Position numbers and translations under genes: made by a program
NCBI GenBank assembly: GCA_963718615.1
Contig: OY970368.1
Span: forward strand, 2,368,001-2,432,000
Length of the DNA: 64,000 nt
Direction of reading: 5' to 3'
Source: an uncultured cyanobacterium
GTDB taxonomy: Bacteria > Cyanobacteriota > Cyanobacteriia > PCC-9006 > JAAUQQ01
Shown here: one piece after another, positions 28,308 to 37,760 of the stretch
Position numbering within the stretch: position 1 is the first letter of the stretch
How the letters are laid out: each line of letters opens with the position of its first letter
Notes under the pieces: model-generated
Told to the model about the DNA's origin: nothing
Database searches by the model: none
Seen by the model: the letters and a program-made list of their open reading frames with translations, nothing else

Positions 28308-31013
28308 ATGTCCTCACCGATTCGCCATCGCCGTCGTTACCTTGTGCTTGCTCTTGTGGCTTGGCTGGCCAGTTGGTTCGTCGCGGGTTGGGGCAGTTTT
28401 GTGAATGCAACTCCGATCCCGCCCTGGGCGGTGAGTCTCTCCCAGGCCGCAGACTCGGCTCAGACCCTGGAGCAGCGAGGACGGGTGCGATACCAAGCGG
28501 GAGATTTTGCGGCGGCGGCCCAAGCTTGGGGAGAGGCGGCTGAGGACTATGGCCGCTCCGGCGATCGCCCCGCCCAAACCCGAGTCCTGAGCAATTTGGC
28601 CCTAGCCTATCTGGCCCTGAACCAAGGATTGCAGGCAGAAACCGCTATCACCCAAGCGCTCCAAGGGGTTGATCCCCAAACTGAACCGGCCCTACAGGCC
28701 CAGGTTTGGAGTACTCAAGCACGGCTACTGCTGGCCCAAGGCAACGGAGAAACGGCCCTAGAGCGTTGGCAGGCGGCAGTGCAAGCCTATGGGCAAGCGG
28801 GTGATGATTCGGGGCAAATCAGGGCACAACTGGGGCAAGCCGAAGCGTTGGAACAGCTCGGGTTTTACGAGCGTGCCCGTCTCCAATTGGAAAGACTACT
28901 GGAAAGACAACTTCAGACCTCGCCCAACCTCTCGCCCAACCTTCAGGTTTGGGCAATGCTGCGGCTAGGGGCGCTCCATCGAGTCAGTGGCAGCTTGTCC
29001 CGCTCCGAACAGTTGTTTCAGCAAGCTTTGAGCCTCACTCAGCAATCTCAATTGCCAGATCTAGCACCTGTCATTCAACTGGAACTGGGGAAAACGGCCC
29101 AAGCCCAACAACAGTGGGAGAAGGCGATCGCCTCCTATGACCAAGCCCTAGACTTAATCACCCATGATTTAGCCCTGCAACTAGAGGGAGAACGTCTCAG
29201 GATCGAAGTCTTTCTGGCGCAACAAAACTGGGAGGCTGCCCAACAAGCTACGTCTCGCCTAACCGCTCTTTTGGAGTCATCTGTTTCCTTAGATCCGTTA
29301 GATCCGTCCGCCGCGATCGCTCAGTCTCTCCCCCTGAGGCAACAGTTAGACCTCGCCCAGACCTTACTGCATCTACAGAAGCAAGCAATCCGGCAGAAAG
29401 CAATCCAGCGGCAAACTCAGTTTGAAACGCTGCTCAAAATGCTGCTCGAAGCGGCCTTGGGTCAAGCGCGAAGTTTGGGCGATCGCCGCCACCAGAGTTA
29501 TGCCCTGGGGATGCTGGGTGAGCTGGCAGAACAGCAACAGCGCTGGGATCTCGCCCAAGCCCATAGTCAGACAGCGCTACAATTGGCTCAGCAACTTAAT
29601 GCGTCAGAACTCAGCTATCGCTGGGAGTGGCAGCTCGGACGGATTCTACAACACCGGGGACAGGCGGGAGATGCAGCCCTGGCGCTGCGCTTTTCCCGAG
29701 ATGCGGTGCAAACGCTCAATGGCATCCAGTCGGATATTCTCAAACTTAATCCCGATGTCCAGTTCTCCTTTGAGACGGATGTTGCCCCCGTTTATCAACA
29801 ATACGTGGATTTGCAACTGCGTGCGGTTCGAGCGATCGCTGACAAGATTGCCGATCCTGATCCTGGGCGCGATCGCCAAGCTGCTTTGCAGATCGTCCAG
29901 CAAACCCTAGATCAGCGTCGCTTTAGCGAATTTAGTACCTTTTTGGGCGAGCCCTGTAGCCTCAGCGCAATACCCTCTGGCCCAGTCTCAACGGGCCAAG
30001 CCCCTCAGCAACCTGATCCAAGGGCCGCTCTGATCACCCCGATTCCCCTGGCCGATCGCGTTGAAATTTTGCTGCAATTACCCGACGGTAAGCTCCAGCA
30101 ATTTACCACCCCAATCGCCGCTGATGAGTTCCACCGTTTGCTCCAAGACTTCCGCTATTACCTCGTCGTCCGCAGTCGCAAAAACTATTTGCCCCTGGCC
30201 CAACGCCTCTACGATCTGCTCATTCGCCCCTTGGAATCTCAGTTGGCAGACCATCAGATTGCAACCCTTGTGTTTTCCCTAGACAGCACGCTCAACACCA
30301 TCCCCATGGCGGCGCTTCATGATGGCCAGCGGTTTTTGTTAGAAACCTATGGAGTTGCGCTCACGCCTCGATTAGAGCGGATGCAGCCCAGCCCCTTGAG
30401 CGATCGCCAGTTCCAAACCCTAGCGGTGGGCCTTTCAGAAGCACGAGAAGGCTTTTCTCCCCTGGATTCGGTGACGCAGGAAATTGAGGCGATCGCCCAC
30501 CACACCCATCGAAGTACCGTGTTGTTGGATCAGCAATTTACTCAGGCGGCCCTGCGCGATCGCATGCACGAACAGTCCTTTCCCGTGGTGCATATCGCTA
30601 CCCATGGTCAGTTTAGCTCTAATCCAGACGATACGTTCCTGCTGGCCTGGGATCAAACTATCTCGGTTCAGGCCCTGGATGAGATGGTGCGATCGCGCAG
30701 TCTCAATACCTCAGCGCCCATTGAGCTCCTAGTGCTCAGCGCCTGCAAAACCGCTGTAGGCGATGACCGTGCTGCCCTGGGGATGGCAGGGGTAGCGATT
30801 CGGGCGGGGGCGCGCAGTACCCTGGCAACGCTGTGGTCGATTGACGACAGCGCAACGGCGCAACTGATGGATACGTTCTATGCGGCCCTGGGGCAGTCCG
30901 GCATTTCGCGGGCCGAAGCCCTGCGCCAAGCCCAGCTCAAGCTGTTGGCCAATCCGGCCTACCAACATCCGATTTTTTGGTCTCCCTATATCCTGCTGGG
31001 CAATTGGCTCTAG
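28308..31013 (+). CDS. Secreted TPR-CHAT (caspase/HetF-like) protease
   Basis: Signal peptide, TPRs, and CHAT motifs IPMAALHDG, HIATHG (30591), LSACKTA (Cys codon 30744) and HPIFWSPYILLGNWL. Confidence 0.93.
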   Translation: MSSPIRHRRRYLVLALVAWLASWFVAGWGSFVNATPIPPWAVSLSQAADSAQTLEQRGRVRYQAGDFAAAAQAWGEAAEDYGRSGDRPAQTRVLSNLALAYLALNQGLQAETAITQALQGVDPQTEPALQAQVWSTQARLLLAQGNGETALERWQAAVQAYGQAGDDSGQIRAQLGQAEALEQLGFYERARLQLERLLERQLQTSPNLSPNLQVWAMLRLGALHRVSGSLSRSEQLFQQALSLTQQSQLPDLAPVIQLELGKTAQAQQQWEKAIASYDQALDLITHDLALQLEGERLRIEVFLAQQNWEAAQQATSRLTALLESSVSLDPLDPSAAIAQSLPLRQQLDLAQTLLHLQKQAIRQKAIQRQTQFETLLKMLLEAALGQARSLGDRRHQSYALGMLGELAEQQQRWDLAQAHSQTALQLAQQLNASELSYRWEWQLGRILQHRGQAGDAALALRFSRDAVQTLNGIQSDILKLNPDVQFSFETDVAPVYQQYVDLQLRAVRAIADKIADPDPGRDRQAALQIVQQTLDQRRFSEFSTFLGEPCSLSAIPSGPVSTGQAPQQPDPRAALITPIPLADRVEILLQLPDGKLQQFTTPIAADEFHRLLQDFRYYLVVRSRKNYLPLAQRLYDLLIRPLESQLADHQIATLVFSLDSTLNTIPMAALHDGQRFLLETYGVALTPRLERMQPSPLSDRQFQTLAVGLSEAREGFSPLDSVTQEIEAIAHHTHRSTVLLDQQFTQAALRDRMHEQSFPVVHIATHGQFSSNPDDTFLLAWDQTISVQALDEMVRSRSLNTSAPIELLVLSACKTAVGDDRAALGMAGVAIRAGARSTLATLWSIDDSATAQLMDTFYAALGQSGISRAEALRQAQLKLLANPAYQHPIFWSPYILLGNWL

Positions 31014-31117
31014 CTAGAGGTTTTGCCCTGATTGGCGGACACAACTCCTAAAACCCAAGCTACGCATCAAAGCGTTATAACAGGAGAGGCGTTGTGGGCT
31101 ATGCCGAGGAGATTGCC

Positions 31118-32512
31118 ATGGAGATTGACCTAGAGAACGGCCTGGTTCTGCACAACCGCTATGAGATTCTGCATCTGCTGGGCCAGGGAGGAAACGGGAC
31201 GACCTATGCTGCGCGCGATCGCCAAACCCAGCAAACCGTGGCCCTCAAAGCCCTCTCCCTCCGTGGCCTCAAGGATTGGAAACAGCTCGACCTGTTTGAG
31301 CGAGAAGCTAAGGTCTTAAAAAATCTCAATCATCCCGGCATTCCTCGCTATGTCGATGGGTTTCAAATCCAAACCGACCAAGATCAAGTTTTCTATCTCG
31401 TTCAAGAACTGGCCGAAGGTCAATCTTTAGCGGTCTTAGTGGAGTCCGGCTGGCATGCAGACGAAGGGGAAGTGCAGCGAATCGCCTTGGAACTATTGGA
31501 AATTTTGGTGTATTTGCATAGTTTAAAGCCCCCCATTGTTCACCGCGATCTCAAACCCCAAAATGTGATTCGTCGTGGAGATGGTCGGATTTTTCTCGTC
31601 GATTTTGGTGCGGTTCAAGCGGTGTATCAAGACGCCTTGCGATCGAGCAGCACGGTTGTAGGCACCTATGGCTATATGGCTCCCGAACAGTTTCGCGGCG
31701 CTGCCAGTCCCGCCTCGGATCTCTACGCCTTAGGGGCAACGCTGCTGTTTTTGCTCACCCACCAATCTCCTGCTAAATTGCCCCAGGAGCGGCTAAAAAT
31801 TCAGTTTCGTCAAGTCGTCGATCTATCGGATGAATTTGCGGATTGGCTAGAGGGGATATTGGAGCCTGTGGACGAAGACCGAATGGGTTCAGCGAAGCTG
31901 GCGATCGCTTACTTACTCAACCCGTTACTCAATCCCTTGCCCAACTCCCAGTCCAGTCTCACCTCATCACCCCCACAGCGCTCCAACCTCCTTCAGCCGA
32001 GCAACAGCAGCATCAAGCTCCAGCGTAGCTTCAATCGCTTGAGTCTAGACATTCCACCCAGTGGGTTGCGGGGCGAACTCTTGGCCCTGGGGGGCTTTGC
32101 TTTATTTTGGAATGGTTTCATTTTCTTTTGGACATTCATGTCCGTTGCCATGGGCGCACCAATTATTTTCTCGCTGTTTTCGATTCCGTTTTGGGTGGTG
32201 GGAATTGGAATGTTGTCGATGGTGGTTTCTGGATTGTTTGGGCAGGTCAGTTTGACGGTTAATGCAAGTCACTATCGGTTTTGTTGGCAACTCTGGCATT
32301 GGCGACGAGAGCGACAAGGCCCAACTCGCGATCTCTATCAAGTGAATTTGCGAACAAGGTATAGTCAGAATGATCGACCGGTGCAGGCGATCGCGATCGC
32401 AGCAGGAGCTGATATGCTTCAGTTTGGCACGATGCTCTCGGATTTAGAAAAAGCTTGGCTGGTGCAGGAGTTGTCTAGATTTTTGGATGATATTAAGGTC
32501 GATCGACGATAG
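31118..32512 (+). CDS. Hanks-type Ser/Thr protein kinase with two TM segments
   Basis: LGQGGNG, VALK, HRDLKPQN, DFG and GTYGYMAPEQ; GAGGAG RBS before ATG 31118. Confidence 0.93.
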   Translation: MEIDLENGLVLHNRYEILHLLGQGGNGTTYAARDRQTQQTVALKALSLRGLKDWKQLDLFEREAKVLKNLNHPGIPRYVDGFQIQTDQDQVFYLVQELAEGQSLAVLVESGWHADEGEVQRIALELLEILVYLHSLKPPIVHRDLKPQNVIRRGDGRIFLVDFGAVQAVYQDALRSSSTVVGTYGYMAPEQFRGAASPASDLYALGATLLFLLTHQSPAKLPQERLKIQFRQVVDLSDEFADWLEGILEPVDEDRMGSAKLAIAYLLNPLLNPLPNSQSSLTSSPPQRSNLLQPSNSSIKLQRSFNRLSLDIPPSGLRGELLALGGFALFWNGFIFFWTFMSVAMGAPIIFSLFSIPFWVVGIGMLSMVVSGLFGQVSLTVNASHYRFCWQLWHWRRERQGPTRDLYQVNLRTRYSQNDRPVQAIAIAAGADMLQFGTMLSDLEKAWLVQELSRFLDDIKVDRR

Positions 32513-32793
32513 GAAGATCTTTAGAGAAAACATCAGTCAAAGTCTCTGCAAATTCACGACTTAAGTGATGACTATCACGATAACGAAGCGCTCTCCTTAT
32601 TTTCTACAGTGCAACAGTCTGCTAATCCTGAAAGTTCCCGTTGGGATTGCGGGAACGATAATCCTGGATTCAGTAATGTCACGGAGTTTAGACAAAGTAG
32701 GTAATTAGAAGCCTAGCAAAAATTACGGAATGTTCTCCGGATACTAGCACTTTTACTGAGTAAAGGAAATAGAACCCATCAAAGAGCAACGCC

Positions 32794-35700
32794 ATGCTGA
32801 GATTGGTAGTTCTTGAGAATTTCGTGGATGTTGTGGCAAGACCAGTGAGATCGGTGGTTGGAGTGGTGGCTTTGCCAACTTCTCAAATCTTCTTTTCGCT
32901 TGGTTCTGTTTGGGTGTTTCAGGCGATTGCCTCTCCCCCCCTCGCAGAGGCTAAAACCGCGTCTGCTCTATCACCCGATTCTCGGTCGGACAGTGCTCCC
33001 CTATCGCAAGGTAAAGCTGATGCGACTCCGGTTCAGCAGTCCGCCTGGAAAAGACAATCTACGACCTTAAGACCGCAGCAATTCCCACCAGAATCGACGA
33101 AGATTGCCCAAATTACGGTTCCAGTGCCTGACAATCCAGAAAGTTTAGGGACGATTGTCACTCCCGTTTCTGAAGGCTATGAAATTCGCGGCGGGCAACA
33201 GCAAGGACAAAATCTATTTCATAGTTTTTCCCAGTTTGATTTGCCCACGGATCAGGCGGCTCGCTTTATTGACCCCAATAGCCAGATTGAAAATATTTTA
33301 GGGCGCATTACCAGTGGTCAGGCTTCGCTCATTGATGGCACGTTGCGGGTCAGTGGAGAAGTATTTTCAACGACTGGATATGGTTTTAGTTCAGCCAATC
33401 TCTACTTGATGAATCCCGCAGGGATTATCTTTGGCCCCAACGCAATTTTGGATATTAAGGGTGCGTTTACAGCCACGACGGCGACCGGAATTGGTTTAGG
33501 AGAAGATTTATTTTATGCGGCAGGGTCGATTGACAACTCGCTGTTGCCCCAGGATACGCCCGATCGCTTTATCTTTACCACAAATCAAGTTGGGGCCATT
33601 GTGAACCTGGGTGATTTAGCAACCCAATCGGGTGAAAGTTTGACCCTCTTGGCAGGAACCGTTGCCAGTACTGGAAATCTGCGAACGCCTGGAGGAAGTC
33701 TAACCCTCGCTACCGTCCCTGGAGGCAGTCGCCTACGCATTAGTCAGAATGACCAAGTTCTTAGTTTGGAAGTCGAACCGTTTCAACTTGCCCAGGGTAA
33801 TCCCAATCAATGGGTTTTGCCGGTGCTGGAATTGCCTGGAATGTTGACGGGAAAAGGGATTAATATTGCAGCTATCGATGTTGATGGAGCCTTGTTAGCA
33901 GAGTCAGGCGAGGTGCGGGTGGCGGGGGCGATCGCCACCAACCCCAATGCTAATCCATTGGCTAGCACTAACGCCAACCCTAACACTGCCGGTGATGTCC
34001 TCATCCGCGCAGAAAGCAACTTAAGTACACAAAATATTAATACTACATCTATCCTAGACCTCACGACTAATTCCTATTTCTATGGTGGCTCTCTGAAGGG
34101 TGGAGAGGTGCAACTCAGTTCACAAGCAGGCAATGTCAAAACTGCGACGATTAATGCTGAAACTGCAATTATCGGAACAACTAATACTTACTTTTTTCCT
34201 CAGTTTATCCAATCTGGTAATGTTTCCATAGAAGCACGAAGCCCAAACAGTCGTATTCAAACGGGTGCGATTAAGACTTCGGCATTCAATCGAGTTTTGG
34301 ATAACCAATCTGTAGGCAGTGGTGGTGCAGCAGCCGGAACCATTGACTTGAAGACGGCAGGCTCAGCAATTCAGACTCAGGCTCTGGACACGTCAGCAGT
34401 GGGTGGAGCTAGCGCGATCGCAGGTTCTGTTACCCTAAAAACTTCAGCCACTCAGCCTGGAGAATCCATCACCTTTAGCTCGATTAATGCTACGGCAACG
34501 GGTAGTCCGCTATCATCCGAAGATGAAATTCTCGGAGGAAAAATTGAAATTACAACCCAAGGAATAGTCACTGGCACAGCTACGATTGCCTATGCCGATT
34601 TGGAAACCCAATCTCCGATTGCTAGCCTGCAAACGCTAGATGCAAGAGCCCTGATCTCGGCTAACAGCTCAACCAACGCTACGGTCAAAAGCGGGGCGAT
34701 CGCAATCACCCATGACGGCGGACCTGACAATCTGGATTTGACCGTGGGAGAAGTCAGCGAAAATGGTATGGTGGGAGCGATCGCTATAGGCATTGACTTA
34801 GACACCAATCGTATTGCTGCCGCCGCTCCTGTAGAACGCTTTCCGGTTTTGCCCGATGGTGGAACGGCTATCAATACAACACCTGGAATTACGATTAATT
34901 CGATTAATTCGACTCCCACCATCTTCCTACAAACCCTTAACCTGACAAATGAGTCCATTGCCGACACCGACAGTATTTCGATTGTTTCTCCTGAACTTGG
35001 GAATGGTTTAGCAATTGATCTAAACGCTGATAATCTAATATTTAAAATTATAAGTATTCGTGATTTAGGCAGTTTGACCCGAGCCGATGGAACGGTTGTA
35101 CAAGTGGGCGATGACTGGTTACCCAATGAGGAACTGCGCTATCAGCCCTTGGAAGGAACGGTGGGCAATATTATTCCTTTCGAGGTCGCAGTTAGCGATC
35201 GTGTGTCGCTCTCTTCGCCTGTGCAGTACCGTGTAGAAGTCCAAAAGAATCTAGAGATTCCGCCAGAAGTTCCACCAGAAGTTCCACCAGAAGTCCCGCC
35301 GGAAACTCCGCTAGAAGTCCCACCTTTTGTGATTGATTCTCCTACGGAGGAAAATGAGAAAACGGCAAACAACGAAGCAGAGGCTGAACAAGAAAAACGT
35401 AAGCAGCGCGATCGCACAATTGCCTTAAACTCCAGAGTTTTTAGCTTGTTTGCCAGTGGCGATCGCACCCCCCTCAACAGCCTTTCGGAAGCGACCGAAC
35501 GACTGCAAAAAATCGAGAACGCCACAGGGGTTCGGCCCGGTGTGATTTATGTGCAGTTTTTACCCACTCGACTGAGTCAAGGGCTCGACTATGGCGATCG
35601 CGAAGCGCTCCTCAATCAAGAACTAGATCAATATTTACAAGGCCAAACCCAACCCTTAAAACTTCAATCGGATCCCAGCGATGAACTGGAAATCATGCTG

Positions 35701-36774
35701 ATTGCTCCGGGAGGAGAAGCAGTACGAAAACGGTTTCCCGGCATTACCCGAGGACAAGTCATGGCTCAAGCTGAGCAGTTTCGTCAAGCGGTATCTCAGC
35801 GCCAAAGTAACTATCTAGAGTCTAGTCAAAATCTCTATCAGCTCTTGGTTGAGCCGGTTGAAGACCTGTTAGCGGAACGGCAGGTTGATAATTTAAATTT
35901 TATTTTAGAAGCGGGGCTGCGATCGCTTCCCATCGCAGCGCTTCACGATGGCAAACAGTTTTTGGTAGAACGCTATAGCTTGGGCTTGATGCCCAGTTTA
36001 AGCTTGGCAGATACGGAATTTGTAGATGTACGCAATGCAGAAGTTTTGGCCATGGGTGCATCTCAATTTAAAGACCAATCGCCCTTGCCTGCGGTGGAAC
36101 AAGAATTGACCACGTTGACGCAGCAAATTTGGAATGGTCAATCCTATTTTAATGAAAAGTTCACCCGCCAAAATCTAATTCAGGCCCGCCAAAAAACCCC
36201 CTACGGTATCGTACACTTGGCGACCCATGGTGAATTCAAAGCGGGTCAAGTGGATCAGTCCTATATTCAACTCTGGGATGACAAACTGCGGCTCAGCCAA
36301 TTGCGAGAGCTTGGCTTGGGTAATCCCCCGGTTGAATTGCTGGTTTTGAGCGCTTGTCGCACAGCGCTAGGGGATCAGCAGGCAGAGCTAGGTTTTGCAG
36401 GTCTGGCGGTTGAATCTGGGGCGAAGTCAGCCCTTGGCAGTCTTTGGTATGTGAGTGATGTGGGGACGTTCTCGCTGATTACTGAGTTTTATCAGTCGCT
36501 CAAACAGGCTCCGATCAAGGCAGAAGCCCTGCGGCAGGCCCAAATTGCCATGTTGCGGAATCAGCTACGGCCTGCTCTTTCTAAACCGATGCTGTCGGCA
36601 GGAGATGCTGATTTCCAGGACAGTTCAGGCCGAGGCGAAGGCAGTCTGCTCAAGCGGCCTGATTTGAGTAATATTAATCTAGCGGATGTTCTAGCAACCG
36701 ACACATCCGCTCCCGATGATCTAACCCATCCCTACTATTGGGCCTCGTTTACCCTAGTGGGTACTCCCTGGTAG
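32794..36774 (+). CDS. Filamentous haemagglutinin N-terminal domain fused to a C-terminal CHAT protease
   Basis: NLFHSFSQF and NLYLMNPAG; beta-helix repeats; PPEV linker; CHAT motifs HLATHG (36214), LSACRTA (Cys codon 36355) and HPYYWASFTLVGTPW. Confidence 0.93.
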   Translation: MLRLVVLENFVDVVARPVRSVVGVVALPTSQIFFSLGSVWVFQAIASPPLAEAKTASALSPDSRSDSAPLSQGKADATPVQQSAWKRQSTTLRPQQFPPESTKIAQITVPVPDNPESLGTIVTPVSEGYEIRGGQQQGQNLFHSFSQFDLPTDQAARFIDPNSQIENILGRITSGQASLIDGTLRVSGEVFSTTGYGFSSANLYLMNPAGIIFGPNAILDIKGAFTATTATGIGLGEDLFYAAGSIDNSLLPQDTPDRFIFTTNQVGAIVNLGDLATQSGESLTLLAGTVASTGNLRTPGGSLTLATVPGGSRLRISQNDQVLSLEVEPFQLAQGNPNQWVLPVLELPGMLTGKGINIAAIDVDGALLAESGEVRVAGAIATNPNANPLASTNANPNTAGDVLIRAESNLSTQNINTTSILDLTTNSYFYGGSLKGGEVQLSSQAGNVKTATINAETAIIGTTNTYFFPQFIQSGNVSIEARSPNSRIQTGAIKTSAFNRVLDNQSVGSGGAAAGTIDLKTAGSAIQTQALDTSAVGGASAIAGSVTLKTSATQPGESITFSSINATATGSPLSSEDEILGGKIEITTQGIVTGTATIAYADLETQSPIASLQTLDARALISANSSTNATVKSGAIAITHDGGPDNLDLTVGEVSENGMVGAIAIGIDLDTNRIAAAAPVERFPVLPDGGTAINTTPGITINSINSTPTIFLQTLNLTNESIADTDSISIVSPELGNGLAIDLNADNLIFKIISIRDLGSLTRADGTVVQVGDDWLPNEELRYQPLEGTVGNIIPFEVAVSDRVSLSSPVQYRVEVQKNLEIPPEVPPEVPPEVPPETPLEVPPFVIDSPTEENEKTANNEAEAEQEKRKQRDRTIALNSRVFSLFASGDRTPLNSLSEATERLQKIENATGVRPGVIYVQFLPTRLSQGLDYGDREALLNQELDQYLQGQTQPLKLQSDPSDELEIMLIAPGGEAVRKRFPGITRGQVMAQAEQFRQAVSQRQSNYLESSQNLYQLLVEPVEDLLAERQVDNLNFILEAGLRSLPIAALHDGKQFLVERYSLGLMPSLSLADTEFVDVRNAEVLAMGASQFKDQSPLPAVEQELTTLTQQIWNGQSYFNEKFTRQNLIQARQKTPYGIVHLATHGEFKAGQVDQSYIQLWDDKLRLSQLRELGLGNPPVELLVLSACRTALGDQQAELGFAGLAVESGAKSALGSLWYVSDVGTFSLITEFYQSLKQAPIKAEALRQAQIAMLRNQLRPALSKPMLSAGDADFQDSSGRGEGSLLKRPDLSNINLADVLATDTSAPDDLTHPYYWASFTLVGTPW

Positions 36775-37601
36775 AGTGTTTGGAGGGACTCAACCAGCGG
36801 TTCGTCTGCATAGGTTTCTAGTCCCACGGTAGTCAGCAAGTTTCGCCAATCTGACTGTGCAGTTTCGGGTTGCCGTTGTCGAAGCTGGGCGATCGCCCCC
36901 AATGCCTCAAACCAAAACCCCTGCTCTGCATGAAGTTGGGCCTGTTCTCGTAAACTCAGCGAAGCCAAATTAATCTCGGGTTGCAAGTCCAACGACTGAC
37001 GTTCAATCTGACCGCCCACCCAATAAATTTTGGGAGACCCTTGGTCGGCATCGGTGCAGGCCACCACGGACCGTAAGGCCCAAGTATAGATCTCTCCCAT
37101 GACCAAAGCCGGTTCTGAGATGGCTGGCGCTACGGTGATGACCCCTGCTGTTGCGGGCAGGGTGACTGGCAGTTGATAGAGCAATTTCCCCGTCCGATCT
37201 TGAAGCATCAGGGTTAGATCGGCTCCTGCTACATCGCGATGACCAAAGGGGAAATAAAACGTAAAGGTTGGACGGGCCTGGGTCGTCTTGGCCCAAATTA
37301 AGGGTTTGGGTGTGGTCCCTCCCACGGCGGGACGCTGGTATTGGGGGACAAACGCGACCGGGCTGCTACATCCTCGGCTAGCCCCTTCTCCCCGTTTGCT
37401 GGGGGCACCGCGATCGCCTGTCAACTGGGGTATGACAAATTTAAGGCTAGAGGGCCGAGGTCGGGCCAATCCGGGCGGCATTGCTCCCAATATTGACGCT
37501 GAAACGGTTGCGATCGCGATTGAGCTCAGTAGGGTTCGAGCCCTCTTGAGGTGAATAGATCGGCGGGTAGCTGTGAAAATCATGGTGATAACAATCCTCA
37601 T
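36735..37601 (-). CDS. DUF928 domain secreted protein
   Basis: Signal-like N-terminus, RGAPSKRGEGASRGC, TTQARPTFTFYFP, YTWAL, VGGQIER, AEQGFWFEAL and WRNLLTTVGL. Confidence 0.88.
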   Translation of the reverse strand: MRIVITMIFTATRRSIHLKRARTLLSSIAIATVSASILGAMPPGLARPRPSSLKFVIPQLTGDRGAPSKRGEGASRGCSSPVAFVPQYQRPAVGGTTPKPLIWAKTTQARPTFTFYFPFGHRDVAGADLTLMLQDRTGKLLYQLPVTLPATAGVITVAPAISEPALVMGEIYTWALRSVVACTDADQGSPKIYWVGGQIERQSLDLQPEINLASLSLREQAQLHAEQGFWFEALGAIAQLRQRQPETAQSDWRNLLTTVGLETYADEPLVESLQTLYQGVPTRVNEAQ

Positions 37602-37760
37602 TCATGGTGCACCATGCGTCCCTGAGATGGGTGTTTACAAACCGAACATGAGTTCGAATGATGAGTTCGAGCATGAGTTCAATCTCCTCAAGAAACTGAG
37701 CGTCGCCAGGAAGCTTTACCCAAATTGGAAGAATAGGGGATAAAAAATTCATTGTTCACT

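Noticed and set aside
28308-31013. TPR-CHAT as a type III-E CRISPR-associated protease (Csx29/Craspase)
   Set aside because: No Cas7-11, Csx30 or array is present. The protein has a signal peptide and the typical FHA/DUF928 context.
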